NCBI GenBank assembly: GCA_039545335.1
Contig: BCIN01000008.1
Location: 321,528 to 385,527, forward strand
Reading direction: 5' to 3'
DNA length: 64,000 bases
Source of the DNA: Kondoa subrosea
Taxonomy: Eukaryota
The notes under the pieces: generated by a model
Databases searched by the model: none
What the model was told of the DNA's origin: nothing
Seen by the model: only the letters and a program-made list of their open reading frames with translations
Program-made: the position numbers and the translations under genes
Shown: piece after piece, positions 1 to 11,158 of the stretch
Numbering within the stretch: the stretch's first letter is position 1
How the letters are laid out: every line of letters starts with the position of its first letter

Positions 1-1005
1 TGTATGTAAAACCCCTTCTGTCCATTCGCTCCTTGTCATCACGCATTAATCCCTGTCATTTGCTTTCTGCTGACTTCTCCCATGCTCTGCCGACTGTCCT
101 TTGGTCTTCCCATGATTGCATGATTGAGATTCCGAGCAGCTTTGCATCTTTGCATCCATTTGATTTAGGTCAGCATTTGGTCACATATAGTATGAGCGAT
201 GCAAGATGCTTGCAGTCAGTAATCACATGAGATCTTCAGCTCTGTGTAGCACCGGACTATCTACAACGCATTCAACGTGTTCTCGCATGCTGACAAAAAG
301 ATATTGTCAACATTGGTCAAAAGCAAGTACGAAACGTCAACGCATGCATGAAGCACAGGTAGCGAAAAGATGCAGGCAGCAAAAACAAAAAGCAAGGGTG
401 CTTTGTCAACGCAAGTCGAAAGTGTAATGACGAGGTCAACGCGCAATCGCCTTAGGCAAGCCCAAGAACGAAAGCAAGCTCGAGAGATTGATTAATCGAT
501 GATACATTCGTTGAATGTAATCTAGCGATTAAGCTAAATAGAACAGATACTACACTTGATCTAAGCCAAAAGGCCAGACTGTTTTCGGGGTTGAAAATGA
601 GTAAACGACTTGAAAGGGTGCAGCAAGTCAACTAACGAGGATACAGGCCAACCTCTGAATGCGCATATGTACGCGCAGCCAGTATTTTGTAGGACGTGAG
701 AACGATTCGCGAGACAAACGAGAGACATTGTTATTTCTTTAATGGAAGAGTGCTCCTAGTGCCTCTAAGCAGTACAGATGACCATGAAGTAGCTGATAAT
801 GTTCCTTTAGATGATAGATAACGTCCAAGATCGCGACTGCAAGCAGAAAGCATGCTGGAAGTAATTCAGCAACAAGGCAAGATGACTATATTTTGCGACG
901 GCAAGAAGACAAAAGCGGTCGCACAAAGTCGTAGTATCAACACATGGGTAGACAGAAGGTCTTGCAGAGGTGCTGATTCGGCCATAGCAGGATGGCTAGG
1001 TATGA
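1..1005. repeat. Left arm of long inverted repeat (runs off the window start)
   Basis: 1-962 is the reverse complement of 3776-4737 (paired coordinates sum to 4738), with no mismatch found by eye; ORF-track peptides 206..427+/4311..4532- and 261..446-/4292..4477+ are identical. 964-1005 pairs with 3734-3775 after a 1-bp indel, with 3 mismatches. Confidence 0.97.
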
Positions 1006-3733
1006 TGTGGCCGAGTCTCTGGCTCGAATGCTGTCGAACCGGAATCGAGATAGAGCAACAACTCCAGAGTATCGATAGAAGCAGAAAGGGCGCTATCATA
1101 CGTAGGATAGCCAGCGAATGAGAACCCACAAGGGGCAAAAGCTGCGGGCAAGAGTAATTGCTTGAAATTTCGGCTCATTCAGTATGTATTGGCTGGATAT
1201 AAAGCAGTATCGCATGCTGTGTAGCTTCGGAAAGTTGAACAGCGAGCGGCCGAGGCTGACCTCATGGTTTCAGGAAGACATTCAACGCTTAATTTGCTAG
1301 CACCATGATCTCGAGTTGCTGTGGCTGATCTGTGCTTGCGTGAAGGTATCTCATTCAGTCTATCATATGCTCTGTCTTTCTCTTGTCGAAGATCATTCGA
1401 TCTCACTCTTCTAGAATCTTTGGCACAACGCGCTTCAATTGTCTATCCGTTGCTTTGAGCGGCAGTCTTTGTTGTCTTTGCACTAGGCCAATCCATGTCT
1501 AAATTAGAAGTATCGTCTTGCGCCCCAAAATATTCGCCTGTTCTCTGAATTTGGAGTCTGGACCAGCTTGCTCGAGCATCGATCAAGCCAATATGCTGCG
1601 GTCATTGATGGTGTGTCCGTAGAGGAGAGAATGAGCGCATGGAAAGGCCCTGCTTTTGTCCGGCATATTTCTTACCCTTTGTTGCAACTTGCATGTCTGG
1701 TCGATCGAAAATGGTTAGTTGCATTCTGCTCAATTGCAAGTCTGGCTTGACATGGCTCTCCTCTTCATCCGCTCTGGTGAGCTGCATACTATGAGGCGAC
1801 AAGTGGATTCTGCTCAATGTTTAGGAACAACAGCCAGCCTGTTTGCTGAAAAAAATGGCATACCTTTATCTGCACCTGCACTCAGTCAATCGAATTGCCT
1901 CAACAGCACTTTCAATGTCTTATCTTCTGCGGTGCTTCCGTTTTGGGCAGCTTTAGTGCTGTACTTGACTACTTTGCGTCATGACCATTGGGTCAAACCA
2001 TGCCATTTGACCTGACGACAAGTTAATACAGTTTTGCGCTCACGTAGAGACTCTGCTCATTCAAGACTTCATTGCATCTTCATGAACCTTGTTCTTGGTC
2101 TGACCAAGGGAGTCTTGTTCTTCGATACAATGGAAGGATTGCTGCCCCAGAGCAGATCATTTGCAGAACCCTCTGTCTGCCTGCTTTTGCATCAGTAGGG
2201 GCCAAGGGGAACTGCACACCACTCTCCTATGTTCGCCTTGCATACTCTCATCGCTTCTGGCCCCAGGCCTTCAGCTTTCCTGTCCATGCCTAGATTTGGA
2301 GCTGTTACATGGCGGGTGAGTGATTGCTTCCAGACAACCGCGAATGCCAACACCTGCTTGCGCAGCACCTTCTAAGGGTGAAATATCATTTCGACCTTGC
2401 TCAAATCATCAAACAGCCTAGTTTGTAGCGGATCTTAAGTGTTTTCAGTGCAGTTACGAGATCATACAATCGGAAAAGGCTCCTCCGAGCGATTTCCTCC
2501 TTTCGACGATCTGCTCGTTTTGAGCTCATTATGTCGCAAGAGAGTCGAAGCGATCGATATTTCATGTCCAGCCTCCGTCTGCAATTGACCAGCTGGCCAT
2601 GACTCGTGTCATTGGAAGTAATGAATCTCCGCTAAAGGCCCCTTCGAGCTTGACTCTATCTTCAACATTGAAAGTTGGCTGGTCAACGTGTATCAGTAAA
2701 GGAAATTCGAATCGAGCTCATGTTTGGTGTTCAAACGTTTTCTCTGTTATCTCCTGAACCCAGATCAGGCTCTTTTGCTTCGTCGAATATGCTGTTGAAC
2801 TGTCCTTTGACCAGTTGATTGCTCCTTGAAATTGCCAACTCGAATGATAGTCCAATGCCCGACGTCTGTTCATTGGCGTGAACTTGAACTTTTCTATGTT
2901 TTTGTCGCATTTGACTAGATCTTCCGATCGTCTCAGACATATGTCAAGACTCTCGTCTGGCAATGCTGTCATTCGTTCGGTATCTTCCTGCTCTTAACAA
3001 TGGCTGTGCGTCTTATATCATCTCTGGGCTATCTGTCACCTGGCCGTCTTATACCTGTCAGTTTTAGCATTACGCAATAGGTAGTTTCATCTACATACAC
3101 GTTTATTGTTGCTGAATGTATCTCAACTCTTTTGACAGAACCGGTTGATCGATCTGTATAATTCACTCGGCCCGGCACCAGTTCTTCTCCTTGTGATGTG
3201 ATCTCTCTCGTTCCAGTCCGATTATTTTCGTCTGAAAATGTATCTGCGTCTGATCTGCCTCAACATTTCTATGCTTCTCAAGTTCTGCCGGCTCAGTAAC
3301 ACTACCATCTTCCAATTACGTCTGAGATCTACTAGGCTTAGTATCATACGATTCTACCACTGTTTCTGATTTATCGTCTATTATGCACACGTTCTGCTGG
3401 CTAACAAGAAACCGCTTCCCTGCCGTACAACCAGTGGACAGCTCTAGTCTACATCTTGCTTGTAATTTCCCTCTGCCCTCTGCCATAGTGCAATGCTGTC
3501 TCGTCGGTGTTTCTCTTTACTTTACTTTCAGACAAACCGACCCAACCCATTTTATTGTTGAGAGTGGTAATCTACGTAGGCTTTACTCTACTAAAAAAAA
3601 ACGTCGCGCTGCATGGGGTAGCCTCTGAGCTGCGCCCAAGCGCCAGTACTTGCTTTGCTCTCGCGCAAAGTGCCCTCCAAAGGTGAGAGGAATTTGTAAG
3701 TTATAGAAAATAGAATTTTCTTCTCCTTCCTTC

Positions 3734-4737
3734 TCATACCCATCCATCCTGCTATGGCCGACTCAGCACCTCTGCAGACCTTCTGTCTACCCATGTGTTG
3801 ATACTACGACTTTGTGCGACCGCTTTTGTCTTCTTGCCGTCGCAAAATATAGTCATCTTGCCTTGTTGCTGAATTACTTCCAGCATGCTTTCTGCTTGCA
3901 GTCGCGATCTTGGACGTTATCTATCATCTAAAGGAACATTATCAGCTACTTCATGGTCATCTGTACTGCTTAGAGGCACTAGGAGCACTCTTCCATTAAA
4001 GAAATAACAATGTCTCTCGTTTGTCTCGCGAATCGTTCTCACGTCCTACAAAATACTGGCTGCGCGTACATATGCGCATTCAGAGGTTGGCCTGTATCCT
4101 CGTTAGTTGACTTGCTGCACCCTTTCAAGTCGTTTACTCATTTTCAACCCCGAAAACAGTCTGGCCTTTTGGCTTAGATCAAGTGTAGTATCTGTTCTAT
4201 TTAGCTTAATCGCTAGATTACATTCAACGAATGTATCATCGATTAATCAATCTCTCGAGCTTGCTTTCGTTCTTGGGCTTGCCTAAGGCGATTGCGCGTT
4301 GACCTCGTCATTACACTTTCGACTTGCGTTGACAAAGCACCCTTGCTTTTTGTTTTTGCTGCCTGCATCTTTTCGCTACCTGTGCTTCATGCATGCGTTG
4401 ACGTTTCGTACTTGCTTTTGACCAATGTTGACAATATCTTTTTGTCAGCATGCGAGAACACGTTGAATGCGTTGTAGATAGTCCGGTGCTACACAGAGCT
4501 GAAGATCTCATGTGATTACTGACTGCAAGCATCTTGCATCGCTCATACTATATGTGACCAAATGCTGACCTAAATCAAATGGATGCAAAGATGCAAAGCT
4601 GCTCGGAATCTCAATCATGCAATCATGGGAAGACCAAAGGACAGTCGGCAGAGCATGGGAGAAGTCAGCAGAAAGCAAATGACAGGGATTAATGCGTGAT
4701 GACAAGGAGCGAATGGACAGAAGGGGTTTTACATACA
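3734..4737. repeat. Right arm of long inverted repeat
   Basis: Reverse complement of 1-1005. The last pairable base is ~50 bp from the stop codon of the adjacent hydrolase gene. Confidence 0.97.
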
Positions 4738-4788
4738 TTGCAACAAGCATTAATCACAAACCAAGTTGGCTTTCTACATCGTCACATT

Positions 4789-6187
4789 TCATGCTGGAAA
4801 ACCTTGCTCCCACCTGCGGATTTCCTTCAGGCATTGCTCAGCAGCTTCCACAGGCAGGAAGTGGCTGTATGATCAAATCAGGTCTGCTGGTTTTCCATTT
4901 TCAACAGTGACTTACCCAGTCTGATCATCACCGACACAAACTTGAGACAGGTGCGCGTCGCTTGTAACCAACTTCTTCCAGATCTTCTCCACATCGAAAC
5001 GTCTCTGTAGATGAGCCGAATATAAAATTAACGTAGGGATAGAGAGCTTTCTTTTGCCTTCATCTACGCCGTCGAGCTTCTCATTATCTGATTGCAAAGT
5101 CAGTTGTTAGCATTGAAAGGGAGTTGATCACTCACCAAGATCAACCGTAGCTCCCGCTCTGTAATCCTCTGTTGAGCCTTTGATGTTATCTTTCGAATCC
5201 ACATAGGGCTGAATCCAGCTTTGCATAGCTTTCTCGTTCAGTTTGCCTTTGCAGCGCGTACCAGTCCAGCTATCGACTGTCAGAACAGGTTTAGTATGTT
5301 CTATTGAAGTATTGGTAAAACATACTAGTGTGTTTGATATAGTATGCAGGGTCGGCTGAGATCATATGGTAAGGCATATCGTTGGGTAGGGCTAGGAAAA
5401 CCCTGATTACTTTACGTTAGCTAGACTTCTTACGTTTGATTCCTTTAGCGTACCAATGATAGCTTCCGAATGTCTCAAGTAAAAGTTCAGCTTATGCAGT
5501 CCTTCAATCGGAGGAGACGCACTTCTTGATGCCTGTTGTTCTCCAGCTTCATATCTAATTCAGCACATGTGTCGTTAGTTCCGAAGATAAGAACAGGTGC
5601 ATTGCTCACTATCATACATGTACCAGATCGGTACGATGTCCATCAAGACTACTCCAGCTACTTCTTCTTCCTGTCTGTGTCATTGGCTATCGATTCAAGA
5701 AAGAATACACAAAAAGTATACGCACATAATCCATAGCCCATCGATATGACACTCTCGCACCACGATCATGCCCGATGAGCAATACTTTCTTGTCTGGGCA
5801 TAAGTGCTTGGCCAATTCGCGTATATCTTTTGCCATGGATCGCTTTGAATGTGCTGAGTGATCTTCAGTAGGTTCTTTTTCTGATTGACCATAGCCTGTT
5901 TTGACGAATGAACAAGAGCTCGTTCAGGGTTCTGAGCAGATAGAGTATGTACCTGGTAAATCGACAAGCAGAATCGCTCGCCCGTCCGATGATAATTCAG
6001 GTAGCATTTCATGCCATAGAGTCAGACGTTGAGGATAGCCGTGAAGTAAAATTGAAAGCGGGCCTGAATGATTGGACGCAGCAGCGCGAAAGAAATAGAA
6101 GAGAATAGCGCCAGAGGAGCACGTAAACCTCGATGCCTTGAAATCAGATGGAACCAGAGAAGAGTCAAAAGATGGAGTTGCATCCAT
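4789..6187 (-). CDS. Alpha/beta hydrolase, haloacetate (fluoroacetate) dehalogenase / epoxide hydrolase family, spliced
   Basis: Motifs LLHGYPQ, VDLPGYG, GHDRGAR (nucleophile), SYHWVFLA, TEDYRAGA and TGHFLPVEA across predicted exons. Confidence 0.85.
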
Positions 6188-6504
6188 AACTCTCGGAGCA
6201 GACTGGAGCACGAAGATGAAATAGTTCAGAACCGCGGACACTGAATAACTCTAGTAGTACGCGAGGCCAAATGTGAGCTCGAGTAGACTAATGTGGTTGA
6301 CAGTGAGCAACCGCCGGTGACCACCAAAGTTGCAGAGCAAGTGCATCCAGACTGCGCAAGAGCTATACCGTGCAAGTGACTGCTGTTGGACGACCTAATT
6401 CGCGAAACAAGAGCTCTCACCAAAAACGACAGTCACGCCTACTCAATCCTCTTAGATCGTCTTCATAGACTGCAGAGTGCTCTGGACAGTCTCAATCTAT
6501 AGCA

Positions 6505-7534
6505 ATGCGACGACCTTTGACGATATTTACGATCCTTTCCACTTTCTCGCTATGTCTGTTTCTAAACTTGTTGCAACTGCCGTCTACGCGAGCGCTGTAT
6601 TTCTACTTAGCTGCAGGAGAGACAAAGTGTTTCCTTGAAGAGCTGCCAAATCACACGAGTCAGTCTAGCCTTGTACAGAGCGGCGAGGTTTGGGCGTAGG
6701 CTGATTCTTTCGCTCAATGTTGAACAGTCGTAGTAGGCACGCTGTGTTCTCTCGAATAACTTGGATCACGTCTGATGAGTGCTGCATAGGCAATTACAAG
6801 GCTGAAGAATGGGCAGAAGATGAGAAAGCCTACATTATCAATGACAGGCTAGGCATTCAGATTACAGTAGAGGTATGCAATTCCTGGATATCAGCACTCT
6901 TAGTGCTCAGTAATCCGAAATTGCTTACAGGAAGTTGACTCAAAGGAGAAGATTGTTTCTACGCGAGGAGCAGCTCAAGGGAAGTTCACTTTCACTTCGC
7001 ATGATTCGGGAGATCATTCAATTTGCTTACGGTCGAAGTGAGTCTCTCTCTCTCTATTACCATCAAACATCTCGATCTAATTGGCTCATAGCTATACCGC
7101 TGGATGGTTCTCAACACCTCAAGTACGGATGCATCTCGACATAGCAGTAGGAGAAGCCAAAGTCGACGAACAAGGCGAACAAGATCACGTTCACGACTTA
7201 GCTGAGAAAGTCAAAGATTTGAACAAGCGTTTAGAAGATATTCGAAGAGAACAGCAATACCAAAGGGAAAGGGAATCGGAATTTAGAAGTTTGAGCGATT
7301 CAACCAATTCAAGAGCTGTTTGGTTCTCTTTGATTCAGATTGTGGTCTTGTTCAGTACGGCGATATGGCAATCGAGGCATTTAAAGGTTAGTTGTCCGAT
7401 CAAATGTCAACTTGTTAACTGACCGCTGATTGCCTCTACCAGATCTTCTTTGACAAGAAAAAGGTACATTTGGATAAGAGTCTGTCGTCATTTATGTTGA
7501 CTCATTCTGCTCTCCTCTTGTACAGTTGATATAG
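6505..7534 (+). CDS. p24/emp24/gp25L family cargo receptor (alpha/Erp-type)
   Basis: Signal peptide, ALYFYL..GETKCFLEELP GOLD domain, coiled coil IRREQQYQRERE, TM helix, C-terminal FFDKKKLI dilysine tail. Confidence 0.92.
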
Positions 7535-7570
7535 CGGCTGTGCTCTAAGATGCGATTAAGGTAACGCCTA

Positions 7571-7589
7571 TCTCTCTCTCTCTCTCTCT
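7571..7589. repeat. (TC)9 microsatellite inside a predicted 3'-UTR intron
   Basis: tctctctctctctctctct. Confidence 0.8.
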
Positions 7590-7893
7590 TCGGCCTGAGC
7601 TGATTGTTGCTCTAACCTTCTGGCTGTAGATCTTGCTCTTACATGGGTGATCGGCCGAGCTCATACAAGTGCGAGTACGGGATATGCATGAATGAGCTGT
7701 AATGCTCTCACAGAATCGTTGAGCAGTTCGGCTAAGATGCAGCGACGTGTACCAGCTATCTCATAAGGCAATAGCGCTAGTTGTAGCTTCCGAATGACTT
7801 TCCTCATTGACAATCTCACGCGACTCGCCTTTGACCTCAATCTACCTTGTCCCCTACAAATTTGATGTGCAACTGCTGTGCAGCTGCTCAAGC

Positions 7894-10800
7894 ATGAGTC
7901 TCGAAGCAAAGAACCCAAAAGGCCATCGACGAGTGAGCTGCCTGCACTGACCGCTTCCACTTATTTGCTAACCTATCTCGTCCTTTCTTTTCACTTTTGC
8001 GCGCTCTTCTTAGGTCAAATCGCTCGTAAAAGAACTTGAGAACCAGGGTGAACAAGGGCCAGCAGTATCAGCAGCTCCAGCAATAGGCAACGGCCTACCT
8101 TCGTCTGCCTCCTCAACTTCACTTCGAAGTGGTTCCGCAGGATCGCATTCTCGCTTTCCTTCCTATTCTCTGAGTCACAAGACTTCTGCCTCTTCTTTGA
8201 ATTCGTTGGCTTCAAGTGTCGCTTCGGATGCTTCAACTGCTGTAACCAATATCTCACCATCAGTCTCTAACCCAGACTTTACACCTACAATGACTAAGCC
8301 GACACCAAATGCAGGTCCTGCTTTCGACTTCAACAAGGGAGGTTACGCGCAATCACCCAATTGGGCAAACAGCGAAGACTTCTCACCTAAATCTTCTTTG
8401 GCTGGTCCATCTACTTCAAGCTATACATGGCAAGCTCCTACAATATCGCATACACTACAACCTTCAGTGCTCGATACTCCAGCAGATGAGAAAGATGATA
8501 TTTTCTTACCCTTATCTCCTGCTTCAAGTTCACCTTACAGCGTCAATTTCCCTCATTATAGAGATTCAGTCTCTTCTGATCAAAGCATAACTTCTCCTAC
8601 GTTATCTAATAGTCAACATTCAAGAAGACATTCTAGAATCCATTCGAGGAATTTATCAGTCTTCTTCCCTCGACCTGGTGAAGGTCCAGCACCTTTTGGA
8701 TCTTTACCTGAAATGCCAGAGAATGAATCGTTGGCTGAGATACCGACCGCTAGTGTGCAAGGCTGGGCTGGTGGGAGCAGGGGATCAATGGGATCTATGG
8801 CTGCTAGACAGATGAATGGAATGGCTTCAACTGATATGGACGCTAAAAAGGCAGCTATCAACAGACGGACTGGTCATCATCATCGACATTCTCTTTCGCA
8901 TAAGTGGGTGTCGTTCATGAGACAATCAGTCCGATTCTGATGATTTCATGCCTTGCACGTACAGCTTCTTCTCATTCATGGACCCAACAGCCAATTCAGA
9001 TGGCTATTCTTCAGGCAGTCTAACACCTATTTCACCAGACGCACCAAAATCCGTTCCAAGCGCTTTCAACTTCGGTTCTTCTCATCCAGGTTCTTCGGTC
9101 TCTCATCTACCCGGAATGTCCGTTCGAGCTCAATATGCTCATTTACCTACCCTCGTTCGACTATTCCTGGTTATCGCTTTCCATTTGCCTTTTACCACTC
9201 AACTAGCATTAATGGTTTCAGTACTAGAAATAGCTTTGGGCGCCGCATTATGGATCTATGGTCAATCTGGAGAAAGTTTAGCTGTCACCGGTCTAGGCTA
9301 TCTAGTGGTTTTCGATGGATTGGGAGCATTGAGTTCTGTCGTCATTGAAGGAAATGTAGAAGGGACAGACGTACTCTGGGATGTTATCAGTCCAGCCAAG
9401 ACGGGTAACAGACAAATTCGATATCCATATGGGTGAGTCGTACCTCTTGTCTTAGCGAAATCACAGCTTGACCAGTTTGTACGAGATCACAGCACTCATC
9501 GACTCACTACTATCTCTCAATTCGCTCAATGCATCTACCTACTCTTCAGTGCTGTCTACGTATGCAAAGAATCAATCGAACATGTTTTGCTCCTGCATTC
9601 ACCAAGTTCTGAAATGACTGCTGCTGCTGGTGCTGCTTCACATGGATCGGCTCACGGTAGTATGGATCATGGACAAAGTAGAGGAGCTGCTGTGATTGCT
9701 GAGAAAGTTGTTGGTGGATTGATCGATGAAGAATGGATAGATATTGGGTGAGTGCTCTCATAGAAGCTCAAATGGAAGGAGAGCTGAGTGATTAACAGGA
9801 TCATGATGCCTACTGGATTACTCCTTCTTTCTACAGCGCTGGCGTTGATCACTGCAATAGCTTTACGAAATCACTCAAGTTTGACTGAAGGTTCGTGAGG
9901 GAACTCGAAGTATCACAATTGGGCTGATTTAGAGTCTGCCACGAACAGCTGTTGGTCCTTCTACATATGCCTTGAGACCTCGACCACAGCAATCTCGGTC
10001 ATCGAAAAGAAGCATACTTTCGGCCATCGGATCAGTCTTCAGTAATCCTTTCTCTCTTCTGGTACTCATCTTCGCCTTTGCGCTTTCTATCTCAAGCTTA
10101 TCGATATCCGGGTGAGCGCAACATCTGACATCAGCTACATCATAGCTGACAAGGCGGTGAATTCGCAGAGTACAACTTGCTCCTCTCGATAAGATTTTGG
10201 CATTGCTGGAATCAGTAGCAATGTTCTATGTTGCTTATCCAGCTGCAGAAGCTACCGGGAAAGTTCTACTACAGACTGCCCCTCCTGCTCATGCTAAAAG
10301 TATGGAAGTGCTTCGAAGAGGTCTGCAAGATGTGAGTAGAGCATCAATACACTCGTGCGAGTATAAGACTGAATGCTGCCGGACTGCAGGTCGAGAACGA
10401 TCCTATGGTCATCTATGTGCCACAACCGCATGTTTGGCAGCTTACACCTCACCCTCGATCAGATCAACCGCACAACTTCTCTTCTTCTATCGGTCGACGA
10501 TCAGTCTCTACGCCGCAGTCCGAAACTTGCGCAATACTGGTGGCTACGGTTAAGGTCCACATCAGAGCAGACGCGGGCGATCAAGATATCATGCGGATGA
10601 CACAGTTTGTTCGAGAAAAGTGTGCACATGCTTTCAAGAGTGGCGATGAAGCTGTTGGCGAATTGACTGTCAGTATTGTTCGAGGAATGGCAGAAGAAGA
10701 TCATCAAGATCACCACGACTGTTCTTCTACGTCTCATGCTTCACACGATCACGGACATTCACATTCGCACGACGAAAAGAAGCCGAAAGCACATTCGCAC

Positions 10801-10914
10801 TCCCATGCTCACGAAGTAGAAGAAAGGCACTCTCATTCTCATACACCGGATGTCGTCGTTCAAGGGCATTCAGGTCACGGGCATTCGCATGAAGGGCATT
10901 CTCATAGTCATTGA
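7894..10914 (+). CDS. Cation diffusion facilitator (CDF) family, Zrg17-like zinc transporter subunit with His-rich C-terminal tail
   Basis: Long Ser-rich N-terminus, TM segments (LAVTGLGYLVVFDGLG; FSAVYVCKESIEHVLL), GKVLLQTAPP and HVWQL CDF C-terminal domain motifs, (HS/HG)n tail. Confidence 0.8.
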
Positions 10915-10960
10915 TTCATTTATCTCTTATTGCATGAGACTGTCATTCTTATTTGGGTTC

Positions 10961-10978
10961 ACGCGTAAAATGACGCGT
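10961..10978. promoter_or_regulatory. Twin MCB-like (ACGCGT) elements upstream of the GFA gene
   Basis: ACGCGT at 10961 and 10973, ~180 bp before the predicted ATG. Function is inferred from the fungal MBF consensus only. Confidence 0.3.
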
Positions 10979-11158
10979 TGCTGCATCGCGATATTTTTGC
11001 GATGAGAATTGTTCAGAAGTTTGTTGGACAGCACCTCGATTTTCTTTGATTGGTCACTTGTTTCGAACGCTACGCAGTAATGGCAGATCACAGCAAAGAT
11101 GAGCCTGAACTCAAAGGAGGCGAGCTCTTGCCTTGCAACTTGTTGACGAACTTTGCTC

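Noticed and set aside
33..446. Duplicated 61-80 aa ORFs in the IR arms (also 4292-4750)
   Set aside because: They are identical only because the DNA is repeated. Non-ATG or weak starts, no recognisable motif and no convincing splice model.
1985..2014. Minus-strand VKWHG, resembling a Ty3/gypsy chromodomain
   Set aside because: Five residues only, flanked by stops, with no RT, RNase H, integrase or LTR evidence nearby.
1006..3733. Autonomous transposase or recombinase inside the IR
   Set aside because: No ORF of 100 aa or more and no DDE, tyrosine-recombinase or zinc-finger motif recognisable by eye.
4217..4246. CIID-stop as a possible pheromone CAAX inside the IR arm
   Set aside because: In-frame stop just upstream, no Met, and Asp is a poor X residue.
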